Below are positions 1 through 9,980 of a stretch of DNA of 64,000 nucleotides, piece by piece; position 1 is the stretch's first letter, and every line of letters starts with the position of its first letter. The notes under the pieces are model-generated. The model was not told the DNA's origin. It saw only the letters and a list, made by a program, of their open reading frames with translations, and made no database searches. A program made the position numbers and the translations under genes. Origin of the DNA: an uncultured Bacteroidales bacterium (GTDB lineage Bacteria > Bacteroidota > Bacteroidia > Bacteroidales > UBA10428); the NCBI GenBank assembly GCA_963800645.1, contig CAWDBX010000011.1, positions 64,831 through 128,830 of the forward strand, in the 5' to 3' direction.

Positions 1-363
1 AGGACGCTGGGCCAGCAAGCCCATTTTCTTCCTGATATCAATAACATTTACATGGTTGCTGTAAATATCTTCTCCGTCAACAAAGACGCTACCGGTAATT
101 TTTACTTCGGGATTTTCATCGTGCATCCGGTTGAGGGTTTTCAGAAAGGTGGATTTGCCGCAACCCGACGGACCGATGATGCATATGATGCTTTTCTCGG
201 GCAATGTAAGATCGATATCCTGTAATATATGCTGGTCCTGGATATACACATTCAGCTGTTTGACCCTGATTGAAACCGGCAATGGAGCTTTTTGCACGGG
301 ATTATCCTGCAAAGGTCCTGTTATTGGTTTTTCCTGCATGGTTTCCCTGTCCATATCTTTCAT
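1..363 (-). CDS. pstB: phosphate ABC transporter ATP-binding protein PstB, 5' part (gene runs off the window start)
   Basis: Not in the ORF track because there is no stop in the window. The minus-strand ATG at 363-361 gives MKDMDRETMQEKP...IICIIGPSGCGKSTFLKTLNRMHD (Walker A). It directly follows pstA in pstSCAB order. Confidence 0.85.
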   Translation of the reverse strand, partial: MKDMDRETMQEKPITGPLQDNPVQKAPLPVSIRVKQLNVYIQDQHILQDIDLTLPEKSIICIIGPSGCGKSTFLKTLNRMHDENPEVKITGSVFVDGEDIYSNHVNVIDIRKKMGLLAQRP

Positions 364-365
364 GG

Positions 366-1205
366 TTAGATCTTGTTTTTTGAAAATTTCGAGCTGAAAT
401 ACCGTGTTGCAAAGCTCAGTATCAGGATCATCAAGGTGAGGATCACTGCTGAGGCATAAGCCCTGTTCTGCACTTCGGGTACCGGACTTCCCAGTTGAAA
501 GAAGATTGACAGGGGAAGCGTGGCGGCAGGCTGATTCAGTGCATTCGGTATATTATCCGTATAGCCGGCCGTGAAAAGCACGGTGGCTGCATCCCCGATA
601 CCCCTGCCCAGGGCAAGCAACACGGCGGTAACAATACCAGGCATTAACTGGCGCAGGATAACCTTGATCATTTCATATTTGGTGGCGCCCAGTGATAACA
701 GGGCATCAGGAAGTTCTCTTGACAGCAACCGCGTTACTTCGTCCAGTGAACGCATCATGATGGGCATGATCAGCATAGCCACCGTAATGATACCCCCCAG
801 CAACGATGCCCTGATTCCCAGATAAACCATGAGGGCAAAACCGAAGGCACCATATACGATGGAGGGGATGCCAAACAGGATATCAAAAGTGAACCGTGTT
901 ACATTTCCGAATACTGAACTGGCAGGCAGGTAAAAATTGATGAACATCACCACAGGTATGCTCAGGAAAATACTGATGATCAGGGATCCGGCCACTATGT
1001 ACAAAGAACCAACGATAGCATTCAGCACGCCACCTTCTTTGCCCAGGTAAAATCCTCCTCCCGGAAGTTTGGTGACCATGTCCCAGGATAATGCCGGCAA
1101 TCCTTTATAAACAATGGTTCCTATAATGAAGACCAGTATGCCCATGATGATGAGTGCCGAGGCCATCATGAGCATTTTAAAAAATCGTTCTTCAAAGTTT
1201 TTCAT
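366..1205 (-). CDS. pstA: phosphate ABC transporter permease PstA
   Basis: 279-aa polytopic ORF with an ABC permease loop (..LSLGATKYEMI..). It lies between pstC and pstB. Confidence 0.9.
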   Translation of the reverse strand: MKNFEERFFKMLMMASALIIMGILVFIIGTIVYKGLPALSWDMVTKLPGGGFYLGKEGGVLNAIVGSLYIVAGSLIISIFLSIPVVMFINFYLPASSVFGNVTRFTFDILFGIPSIVYGAFGFALMVYLGIRASLLGGIITVAMLIMPIMMRSLDEVTRLLSRELPDALLSLGATKYEMIKVILRQLMPGIVTAVLLALGRGIGDAATVLFTAGYTDNIPNALNQPAATLPLSIFFQLGSPVPEVQNRAYASAVILTLMILILSFATRYFSSKFSKNKI

Positions 1206-1229
1206 CGTTCTCTTGGGAGTTGTGTTTAT

Positions 1230-2126
1230 TTAAAATGAATATCTTTTTTCGATCTGTACCAGGATAACCCGTGAAAGTGCGTTGAATAAAACTATGATGA
1301 TAAAAAGCAGAAATGCTGCCAGCATCAGGGCTGATTCATAGCTGGGCATGGAAAGCATTTCTCCGTAATTGTTGGCAATGAGAGCCGGCAACGGATAGCA
1401 GGCGTCAAAGAGAGAGTGGGGTATTTCGGGAATGTTGCCGCAAACCATGAGCACAGCAATGGTCTCACCAAAGGCACGGGAAACCGAGAGCACAACTGCT
1501 GCCAGTATCCCAGGGAATGACCTGCGCAGGACAACTTTCTTAACGGTCTGCCATTTTGTGGCGCCCAGTTGCAGCGAGGCATCGGTCATTTCCTGCGGTA
1601 TGGAACGGAATACTTCCAGCAAAATGCTGATCAACAGGGGCAGGATCATTACCGCCAATACCATACCGCCTGCCATGACCGAGTAACCCGAAGAGAATTC
1701 CACAAAGTTGGGCGCTATCTTATTGGCAATCAATGGTACTATGGTTAGTGTGCCCCATACGCCATAAACTACTGAGGGAATGCCGGACAACACATCGATG
1801 AAAGGCTGGAAAAACCTGCGGATGGTCTGGGAGGCATAAGTATTCAGATAGATACTGGTCAGCAGGGAAAGTGGCAGGGCTATAACAATCGCCAGTAAGG
1901 ATACATGCAGGGTGCTCAGGATAAATGGAAGAAAACCGAAATCACCTTTAAAAGGCCGCCAGCTTCCTGATGAAAGCAGTACCCGGATACTTTTCTCCTG
2001 TATAATGGGCAAAGCTTTGAAAAACAGACTAACCGCGATGATCAGCAGGAAAAGTACTGCAAAAACGGAAACCCCCACCATGACATGCCGGGCGGTTCTG
2101 TCCTTTATCTTTCGCAAGTTGTGCAT
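1230..2126 (-). CDS. pstC: phosphate ABC transporter permease PstC
   Basis: 298-aa polytopic ORF with a permease loop (..LQLGATKWQTV..). It follows pstS. Confidence 0.9.
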   Translation of the reverse strand: MHNLRKIKDRTARHVMVGVSVFAVLFLLIIAVSLFFKALPIIQEKSIRVLLSSGSWRPFKGDFGFLPFILSTLHVSLLAIVIALPLSLLTSIYLNTYASQTIRRFFQPFIDVLSGIPSVVYGVWGTLTIVPLIANKIAPNFVEFSSGYSVMAGGMVLAVMILPLLISILLEVFRSIPQEMTDASLQLGATKWQTVKKVVLRRSFPGILAAVVLSVSRAFGETIAVLMVCGNIPEIPHSLFDACYPLPALIANNYGEMLSMPSYESALMLAAFLLFIIIVLFNALSRVILVQIEKRYSF

Positions 2127-2132
2127 ACCCTC

Positions 2133-3086
2133 CTATTGTATTTTCTTCAGTTCAGCCGTAATTTTTTCTTTGGGCAATGAAATGTAACCGGCCTCATGAA
2201 CGAACTTCTGTCCGTCGGTGAGCACCCATTGGATAAATGCTGTCAGCAGCTTGTTGCTCTTCGGATTGCCCTTGGCTACGAAATACAATTCCCTGGCCGG
2301 AGGTGAAGGATATTTTCCCGAGGCAATGGCTGCAATGATATCATTCATGGAATTGTAAAAGTTCTCGTCGGCATCGATCTTGCCATTGCTGTTCAGATCG
2401 AGCGGAACCACCCTGAGGCCTTTCACCTGTTTCTTGGTGGTAGCATCGTATGCATAGCCAATGTTGTTAAAACCGATGCCCAGGGGATCTTTTTTAACGG
2501 CCTGGGCCAGTCCGGGATCCCCAAAAACCCCCACACCTAAAAGATCCTCCTGTTTTTTCCCATAAAACTTGGCCCACATTTCCGCTGCCCCGCAGGCATC
2601 GGAACGGGTATACACGTGAATGGGAGCGGATGATTTAACGGCAAAGGCCTGTGACCAGCCCTTTACTTTACCGGTAATCCAGATGTTGTTGCCCACGTCT
2701 TTCTTTAGTCCTTTTGTCAGAATTTCATTTAATACCGGATTCTGTTCGCTCACCACGGGCACTACCGCATCTTTTGTCACTGCAATCGGGAACGCCCCTT
2801 TTTTAATTTCTTCAGGATAAATTTCGCGCGAGACCATACCGATATCTACCATTCCGTTCAACGCATCTGCTATGCCTTTACCCGCTCCACCGGCTGAGAT
2901 ATCGATCCGTACATCGGGATGCAGCTTTCTGAATTCTTCGGCCCATTTTATGGTCATGGGATAAAGGGCAAAGGCTCCTGAAATGCTGAGCTGCCCTTTG
3001 AGTTTTTCCTGGCCAAAGGACCGGGTGGCAGGAACCGCCATACACAGTATACTTAGGCACAGACTTGCAATAATTGTTTTTTTCAT
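2133..3086 (-). CDS. pstS: phosphate ABC transporter substrate-binding protein PstS
   Basis: 317 aa with a signal peptide and PstS-like sequence (..ISAGGAGKGIADALNG..). It heads pstCAB. Confidence 0.85.
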   Translation of the reverse strand: MKKTIIASLCLSILCMAVPATRSFGQEKLKGQLSISGAFALYPMTIKWAEEFRKLHPDVRIDISAGGAGKGIADALNGMVDIGMVSREIYPEEIKKGAFPIAVTKDAVVPVVSEQNPVLNEILTKGLKKDVGNNIWITGKVKGWSQAFAVKSSAPIHVYTRSDACGAAEMWAKFYGKKQEDLLGVGVFGDPGLAQAVKKDPLGIGFNNIGYAYDATTKKQVKGLRVVPLDLNSNGKIDADENFYNSMNDIIAAIASGKYPSPPARELYFVAKGNPKSNKLLTAFIQWVLTDGQKFVHEAGYISLPKEKITAELKKIQ

Positions 3087-3128
3087 TTTTATAGGGTATA
3101 ATTTTTTATTTAGCTTTAATTGAGCCGA

Positions 3129-4271
3129 TTAAAAGCTGATTTGTAACTGTAAAGCTGCAAAGTTGTTGTCAACACTTGTGCCTTCTTCTTGTTTAAAAGT
3201 ATATGCTGCCTGAAGCGCAGCATTAGGATTAATATAGTAGTTCAAGCCAAAAGTTATGTTGTTGGAAATATTATCATCCTGATCAACATCTTTGTCGAAC
3301 GAATCGTAGCGACCAGCCAACTGAATTTTATTGGGTAATAAAAAGGCAGCAAGCTGAGCATAATATCCCGAACGGGAAACTTCGCCATCCTGAAATACAA
3401 TATACTCTGCCGAGACGTTTAAAAATTTATACGTATAGTTGATTTCGCCTCCAAGTCTCCTTCGTTTTCCCAGTTGTTCAGAGGAAACATTTATTCCAAT
3501 TTTACTAAGAGAAAGTGAGTCGGGAGTCCAGCCCGAAACAAACGAACCTCCCAAATCAAGTCCTTTAGCAGGATGAAGTATTAATCTTCCACTAATGTCT
3601 TTCCCGTCGGTGAGATCGGGTCTGTTGATCCCTGAGCCGTTAAATACCCCAATCCGATATTCGACTAGTTTTGAATCGTTAAACGAAATCAGGCTTCCGA
3701 AAACAGTAATTCCTATATCACGCCCATTATTGTCACCCAATATATCGCCCCTGCGGAAAGTTGCAGCTTCCACAACCTGTGCCCTGTCAGCAAGTATTAA
3801 TTTCGTATTTGAAGTAACATTATTTAGTGAAAAAGGTAATAATTGCTGACCGATAGTAAAACTGATTTCATCACGCGGTTTCAGTTCGGTATACACATCA
3901 ATAATTTTAGGCGATGTGGCAAAATCAGTCTGTAAACGGTAGCTCCAATAGGGAGTTATATCGCCTTTGATATCGAGATATGCCCGGCGGATATCAAAAC
4001 CATCTACCTTTACTTTTTGATCTTCCTGAAAGTACTGGTAACGGAATTGTCCATACCCATTAATTTTAAGAGCTTTCCCCGATGTAATCTGGAAAGTTTT
4101 TTTCTTTGCTGCTGATTCTTGTTCTTTTATCGACGCCTCTGCGCGCAAAGAATCAGCCTGTTCCTGAGTTATTGATTTATTGGCTACCAGCAGGTTGAGA
4201 ATGTCGTTGGTGGTTTGTGAATAAACCCGACTGGCAAAAAGCATCAACAGTAAAAGTAAATACTTCTTCAT
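3129..4271 (-). CDS. outer-membrane porin, probably phosphate-selective (porin O/P-like)
   Basis: 380 aa with a signal peptide, alternating beta-strand pattern and a C-terminal ..LQLQISF barrel terminus. It sits immediately upstream of pstS on the same strand. Confidence 0.6.
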   Translation of the reverse strand: MKKYLLLLLMLFASRVYSQTTNDILNLLVANKSITQEQADSLRAEASIKEQESAAKKKTFQITSGKALKINGYGQFRYQYFQEDQKVKVDGFDIRRAYLDIKGDITPYWSYRLQTDFATSPKIIDVYTELKPRDEISFTIGQQLLPFSLNNVTSNTKLILADRAQVVEAATFRRGDILGDNNGRDIGITVFGSLISFNDSKLVEYRIGVFNGSGINRPDLTDGKDISGRLILHPAKGLDLGGSFVSGWTPDSLSLSKIGINVSSEQLGKRRRLGGEINYTYKFLNVSAEYIVFQDGEVSRSGYYAQLAAFLLPNKIQLAGRYDSFDKDVDQDDNISNNITFGLNYYINPNAALQAAYTFKQEEGTSVDNNFAALQLQISF

Positions 4272-4392
4272 GACAGGAGATATTTAAAGGTACATTACAT
4301 TCACAATGTCGACCGACTAAGTGAACAAAAGTAAAGTATCATACCCTAAATGAAACGGGCATAAAGACTAAAAATGCATAGGTAAAAATACG

Positions 4393-4400
4393 TATATTTG
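4393..4400 (+). promoter_or_regulatory. Bacteroidota-type -7 box (TAnnTTTG): TATATTTG
   Basis: Exact match to TAnnTTTG, about 20 nt upstream of the Rrf2 ORF start. Confidence 0.4.
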
Positions 4401-4420
4401 CGGGAATTAAAGCATGAAAA

Positions 4421-4879
4421 TTGATACTTTCGAAAAAAACCAAATATGCGATGGTTGCCCTTATGCGGCTTGCCCGTGATTATGGAAAGGGGCCGATCCA
4501 GATCAGGGATATCGCCGAGAATGAAAAGATTCCGCAGCGCTTTCTGGAGAACATCCTTCTGGAACTTAGAAAGCTGGGTATTCTCGGAAGCAAGCTCGGC
4601 AAGGAAGGGGGTTATTTTCTGCTTAAAAGGCCTGGTGAAGTGAGCCTGTCCGAAATTGTGCGTCATTTTGAAGGCACTATTGCCCTGATGTACTGTGTAT
4701 CTCAAAAAGCCTATCAACCCTGCGAGTTTTGCAAAGATGAAGCTACCTGCCAGATCCGGAGGGTTTTCAAAGAAGTACGCGATACCACTTATGATATATT
4801 AAGCAGAACTTCACTGGAAAACCTGATCCAGGAAAATCCTGGGAATAATACCGGAAACCTTTACCGGAACAAAAAATAA
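4421..4879 (+). CDS. Rrf2 family transcriptional regulator
   Basis: The N-terminus ILSKKTKYAMVALMRLARDYGKGPIQIRDIAENEKIPQRFLENILLELRKLGIL is a typical Rrf2 winged HTH. The ORF-track start is a TTG. Confidence 0.85.
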   Translation: MILSKKTKYAMVALMRLARDYGKGPIQIRDIAENEKIPQRFLENILLELRKLGILGSKLGKEGGYFLLKRPGEVSLSEIVRHFEGTIALMYCVSQKAYQPCEFCKDEATCQIRRVFKEVRDTTYDILSRTSLENLIQENPGNNTGNLYRNKK

Positions 4880-4917
4880 ATGGGTTGACCCACTGTTTGG
4901 AACAGCGATCAACCCAT
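4880..4917. terminator. hairpin between convergent genes (ATGGGTTGA...TCAACCCAT)
   Basis: 9-bp stem with an internally paired loop. On the minus strand it is followed by TTTATTTTTT, so it probably terminates the 4997-5950 gene. Confidence 0.45.
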
Positions 4918-4996
4918 GGCAACGGTAAAAGTTTCTAACTTGTCCAGATTCCTTATTCCTAAATCCTAAATCCTATTTTTAATACCTGATAACTAA

Positions 4997-5950
4997 CTAG
5001 TTATTGACTTCTACCACTGCGTATTTTGAAAGTTTCCAGAAAGTTGCCGGGTCCTTGATCTCAATATAAGCGATTTTATCTGCGTCGTCCTTCACCAAAG
5101 TATAGGAGTTTGCAGGATGTTCCGTCACCAGTTTGGCGGTTTTGGAATTTACCGGTATGGTCCTGGTTTCGGTGATGTCGATCCTGGTAAATAAAGTATC
5201 ATGGATGGAATTCTCCTGTAACGATTCTTTCTTACCCAGGCCGAGCACTCCGCCTTCTTTTGTCAGTAATCCTTTTTCTTTCAGGTCCTTATAGGTGCCC
5301 GACACCACAAATGCCTTGTTCATCTCCTCAGTTTGCTCACTGATCACGGTTGCTTTGCCGGCGATGTCTGTTTCCATAGTCACTACTTTCTCGTTCAACT
5401 GACCGATCTCAAAATTCCGGTCAACAAGCTCCATTTTCAAAGCAGTCATATCCCTGTCTTTTTGTGCGATATGCGCATCCAGCGTATCGATCCGGCTCTG
5501 AAGGCTGGCGATCTTAATGCCGGAATTGCGCAGCTGTGCATTGATGGAAGATATTTTCTTTTTGTTTTGTTCGATCATATCCCTGATCAGCTGAATCTCT
5601 TTCATGATCTCTTCTTTTTTATCCTTTGAGATTTCCGGATCCATCGATTGCAGACTCAGCATATTTTCTCTTGCAGTGATCTTTTTTATGTTGGTTTCAA
5701 TTTCATTAAACGCCAGTACCCATTCATTGATGATGGAATCACGCTGATTAAGCTGGGTAGCCAGCTCAATTTTTTGATTTTCGAAATTTTGGGCCTCAAG
5801 TTTTCTTTTTTTGCTATTCTGGGTAAGGACCACTGCTCCCACAACCAAAACAATTGACAAGGCCAGTAATAGTCCGGCGACAAGTCCCTTTCTCCCTTCA
5901 TTCCGGGGTTCTGTTCCTGCTTTATTGATATTGAATTCTTCATTTTTCAT
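4997..5950 (-). CDS. membrane-anchored coiled-coil protein, function unknown
   Basis: 317 aa with one N-terminal TM helix (..LVAGLLLALSIVLVVGAVVL..), a long heptad-like K/E/Q-rich region and a C-terminal globular part. AGGAGA lies 8 nt before the ATG. Confidence 0.6.
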   Translation of the reverse strand: MKNEEFNINKAGTEPRNEGRKGLVAGLLLALSIVLVVGAVVLTQNSKKRKLEAQNFENQKIELATQLNQRDSIINEWVLAFNEIETNIKKITARENMLSLQSMDPEISKDKKEEIMKEIQLIRDMIEQNKKKISSINAQLRNSGIKIASLQSRIDTLDAHIAQKDRDMTALKMELVDRNFEIGQLNEKVVTMETDIAGKATVISEQTEEMNKAFVVSGTYKDLKEKGLLTKEGGVLGLGKKESLQENSIHDTLFTRIDITETRTIPVNSKTAKLVTEHPANSYTLVKDDADKIAYIEIKDPATFWKLSKYAVVEVNN

Positions 5951-6010
5951 GGCTATTTTCTCCTAAGCTTTAATACTGTTTACAAAATGATATAATCATG
6001 GATCGGACTA

Positions 6011-6026
6011 TTCAAGTATTGTTCCA
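6011..6026 (-). promoter_or_regulatory. candidate sigma-54 (-24/-12) promoter: TGGAAC-N5-TTGAA
   Basis: The minus strand reads TGGAACAATACTTGAA against the consensus TGGCAC-N5-TTGCA. GG and the -12 G are kept at the correct spacing but the -12 C is replaced by A. It lies about 60 nt upstream of the 5950 ATG. Confidence 0.3.
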
Positions 6027-6090
6027 CGATGTACAGGAAATCGTAATGTTCCTGTATTCAGTCAGATAGCATTAAAGCAGAAGATTGTCA

Positions 6091-6125
6091 TTCTCATTTT
6101 GAGAATCACATTTTCATTTTGAGAA
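6091..6125. promoter_or_regulatory. two palindromic sites TTCTCA-TTT-TGAGAA / TTTTCA-TTT-TGAGAA, centres 20 bp apart (candidate enhancer-binding-protein UAS)
   Basis: 6091-6105 is a perfect 15-bp palindrome and 6111-6125 has one mismatch. They lie 70-95 bp upstream of the -24/-12-like element and just downstream of the sigma-54 activator gene. Confidence 0.35.
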
Positions 6126-6134
6126 AGCGGAGGA

Positions 6135-7486
6135 TTAATGTTTGATTTCTTTCAACAACCGATAAATGGTGGAAACCCCGATCCCGAGTTTTTCGGCCAC
6201 CAGCTTAATATCATTGTTGTATTTGTTAAGAAAGGACTTGATGATCTTCAAGTTCATAATCACGCAGGGTAAGCTCTTTTTCAGCTGGATCCTGGATTTG
6301 TTTATCTGTATCAAATACCAGATCGGAAGGCTGGATCTCATCATGGTCCGATAAGGTAAGGGCCAGTTCAGTATTGACTTCAACTCCCGGATATTTCCGG
6401 GATAGGTATGGTTGAGCAATTTGCCCATGGCCTTATCGGAAAGTTTTTTAAGGGGTAAATGGTTTTCCCTGCAGAAGAGATCAATGTAGTATTTGGCCAG
6501 AATGAGCACGTCATTTCCCCGTTCCCGAAGCGGGGGCAATTCAATGGACAGTCCAAGCAGCCGGTAATAAAGATCTTCCCGGAAGTTTCCTTTTTTTACT
6601 TCTTCTTTCAGATTTTTGTTGGTGGCCACAATGATCCGGCAATCTGTTTTTACGGTCTGGTTGCTTCCTACACGCACAATTTCTTTCTCCTGCAGCGCAC
6701 GCAGCAGTTTTACCTGGAAGGAGGGATCCATTTCAGCAATTTCATCGAGGAAAAGGGTACCTCCGTCGGCTTCTTCAAATTTTCCAATGCGCCGGTAAGT
6801 AGCACCGGTAAAAGCGCCCTTTTCATGTCCGAACAATTCGCTCTCAATTAATTCCGACGGCACGGCCGCCACATTAAAAGCCACAAAGGATTTGTCTTTT
6901 CTTTTCGAGTTATAATGAATGGCTTTTGCGACCAGTTCTTTTCCTGTCCCTGTTTCTCCGGAGATCGAAACAGTGATATTGGTATTTCTGGCTTTTTCAA
7001 TCTTTTCATAAACGGCATGCATGGCTTCACTTTCACCCAGAATGCTGCTTTTAAAACTGTACTTTTTTTGAACTTCCTTTTGCAGTCGTTGTAATTTCAC
7101 TGATGAGACCCATTTCTTTGCGGATATTCTGAATGGTGTTCAACAAGCGGTCGCGAATGTCGTTGGATTTGATGATGTAATCCCTTGCTCCCAGTTTTAA
7201 TAATTCTACAACCGTATTAATGTCCTCCTGTTCGGAAATAAGAATGACCTGAATTTCCGGATGTTCCTGTTTTTATTTGTTTTAGAAGTTCGGTTCCGTT
7301 TATGTCGGGCAACCGGTAATCCAGTGTCACAATATCCGGAGGATCATGCAGGCTATTCAGAAAATCCCTTCCATTGAAAAAGCCTTTTACTTCATAATCG
7401 GGATTAAGCGACAAGGTATGTACCAGCAGCCGGTTATACCAGTCATTGTCTTCAACCACATAAATTTTAACCGGATTATCTGTCAT
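6135..7486 (-). pseudogene. sigma-54-dependent (NtrC-type) response regulator, frameshifted
   Basis: The domains are REC (MTDNPVKIYVVEDNDW.. from the ATG at 7486), AAA+ with ..GETGTGKE.. and GAFTGA (..HEKGAFTGAT..), and a Fis-type HTH (..VAEKLGIGVSTIYRLLK..). Frame changes occur near 7272, 7095, 6372 and 6250. Confidence 0.85.
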
Positions 7487-7493
7487 TATTCTA

Positions 7494-9889
7494 TCAATTT
7501 TCACGATATGCCCATTCAGTAGTTTTCTTAATGTCGGCGAATTCCCGGATCGTATCTTCGATACAGTTTTACCAATATAGACATATTTTTGTGATTTTGA
7601 GCCTGTCTTCAATCATCTTCAAGTTGGGAATACAAGCTCATCTGCTCCCATATGCCTGCAGGGTGCAGATATTTTATGTGCAGTTTCCATGGCCGCTTCA
7701 AAATTGCCTGTCATAATGGCATGTTGTATTTCCTGTAATCCCTGTTCCGTGCTTTCAATAAACCTGATCAGCATTTGTTTCACAAAGGCAATATCATGGT
7801 CAGCCAGGTGATACAGATTGTCTCAGGTTTACCTTGCGATTGCACGGGAAGGTGATCCTGGCGGAGCGTAATTTCCGCTAAAGCAGGATTCTTTTCCTCG
7901 GTTCAAGGACTGAAGTGATGATTTCCAGTAGCATTTTTTCAGTAAAGGGTTTGGGAAGAAAAGTATTCATCCCCGAAAACTTGTATTCCTGAAGGTCTCT
8001 GGGTGAATGCGTGGCTGAAATACCGATCACCGGCAGTTCAGTCCGGTCTTTTCCGAGTATCTTCCGGATGTGGCTGGTTGCTTTAAGACCATCCATTACC
8101 GGCATTCTGACATCCATAAAGACCAGGTCATAATGCGGTTGTTTTTATCATCTCAATGGCTTTCTGACCGTCTCCGGCTTCATCGAAATTGACATGCCAC
8201 CTGCTGAGAATTGTTTTGAAGAGCATGCGATTGTATTCCTCATCATCCACAATCAGATATTCAGTTCCTGATTATATTCCGGAACCATCAGGCCGGATGC
8301 TGAAACGATTGAAGTTTTTCCCACTCGCCAATGTATAGGGTAAACTGCAGGTGATGGTGGTACCCTTATTTTTCTGACTTTTTAACGCAGATGGAACCCT
8401 TGTGAAGTTCAACCAGTTTTTTTACAATGGATAAACCCAGTCCGGTTCCTCCATATTTCCGGCTGGTTTCGGCTTCAGCCTGGGTGAAATCATCGAAGAC
8501 TTTTTCCTGCATGTCCTCGCTGATACCAATGCCGGTATCTGTTACCTTCAGAATCAGAGTCAAGGGTGTTACCGGATTTATTTCACAATCCACGGAAAAT
8601 TGAATTTCTCCGTTGGCAGTAAATTTCACCGCATTACCCACCAGGTTAATACAGAATTTGTTTTAACCGGTAAGAATCACCAAAAAGACACGGGGATGGA
8701 TTTGACTGACATAATGAAATGCCGGGTATTATTCTCTGGGCCTTTTTCCCGAACAGAAGTTGCACTTCTTCGCAAACCTGACTGAATCTGGAAATGGATT
8801 TCTCCAGTACAATTCTTGCATTCTGTAACTTCGAAAAATCAAGAATGTCGTTTACCATTTTCACCAGATGATCCGATGATGATTTGATAATTTCCAGAAT
8901 TTTCCGGCTTTTTTCATCGAACGGTTCATACAAGAAGCTGTTCTGTAAAATCCATAAATGGCATTTACAGGTGTCCGGATCTCATGACTCATATTGGCCA
9001 TAAACAATTCCCTGGTTCTGGCAAAGTTTTTCGGTTTCTTCCTTTGATTGAATCAAGGCGATCTGATAATCGCGTGTTTTCCTGACAAACCTGACAACAA
9101 TCACCAGTACCAGAATAACAAGCAATGTCCCCAGCAAGGCAAACATAGCCAGCCAGCGATACGTCTTCATGGCAAGTTTATCGGCTGTAGCTGCATTGTT
9201 GTTGATAGCGTCTATCACTTCCCCTCCATGTCGGAGATAAGGATATAAAGACGTCGCCTGATTTCATTACCGGTGATGGCAAGCCTTGATTCCGCAGCCA
9301 GCATACGTGTGTTTTGGATACTGTCCTGTTCTTCTATTTTGCTCAGATCTCTGATGATGGCCTGCTGATCAGGGCTGGCTTCGGGTTTTTTGCCGAACAC
9401 ACGTCTTAGGATCCTTTTTTCCGTGTTTTTTTTATCCAGCATACCAACAGCCACTTGGGCTGTGAGTTCCCGGATAAAAACATCAAGCGAATCACTGTGA
9501 TAGAGATATAGCATTTTGTTCCAGATCAGGATATTTTCCTCTATTAATTTGCTGATGGTATCAATCTGCATCAGCAACACGGGATCATTACTGCTGGCTT
9601 CCCTAAGCGTATTAAGCTTATCATCGAAAACTTCAATGGTGGTATAATAGGGCTCGATATCCTTCTGCGATCTGGTATGGATATACATCCTGACACTGTT
9701 TTCGGCTTTTTCAAGGTCGTTAGACAGTTCCCGGATGGTGAGCAGACGCATATCAGGCTTTGATTTTACCTGTATGGAAGCGACGATGGAAGAGAGACTG
9801 CGAAAAGAGAGGTATCCTGTGGCAGAGATCAATAAGATGGACAGTGTCATCAGGGTGCCAATTTTTACTGGTAAGGATATCCTTTTCAT
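7494..9889 (-). pseudogene. hybrid sensor histidine kinase (sensor-TM-HisKA-HATPase-REC-Hpt), heavily frameshifted
   Basis: Contiguous minus-strand fragments cover the whole protein. They are the sensor/TM (9889-8982), H-box ..MSHEIRTPVNA.. (about 8990-8950), HATPase (..VTDTGIGI.., ..GGTGLGLSI..; 8641-8366), REC (..DVRMPVMDG..; 8117-7878) and Hpt (..AHKISAPCRHMGADEL..; about 7800-7494). There are at least 8 frame changes. Confidence 0.85.
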
Positions 9890-9980
9890 AAGCTGATCTG
9901 CAATTCTTTGTCAAAGCTATAGTATATACGTTTTAAATACCTGTTTATTTCAGTGAAATTAAAGATGTGTATATTTACCG

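Noticed and set aside
4958-4977. Short tandem repeat CCTAAAT-CCTAAAT-CCTA.
   Set aside because: There are only about 2.5 copies of a 7-mer in an AT-rich convergent spacer. This is too short to call a functional repeat.
7487-7612. N-terminal extension of the response-regulator ORF (MKTGSKSQKYVYIGKTVSKIRSG..).
   Set aside because: This stretch is the out-of-frame tail of the upstream kinase's Hpt domain. The correct frame reads ..IEDTIREFADIKKTTEWAYREN* and ends at 7494. The REC domain starts at MTDNPVKIYVVED (7486).
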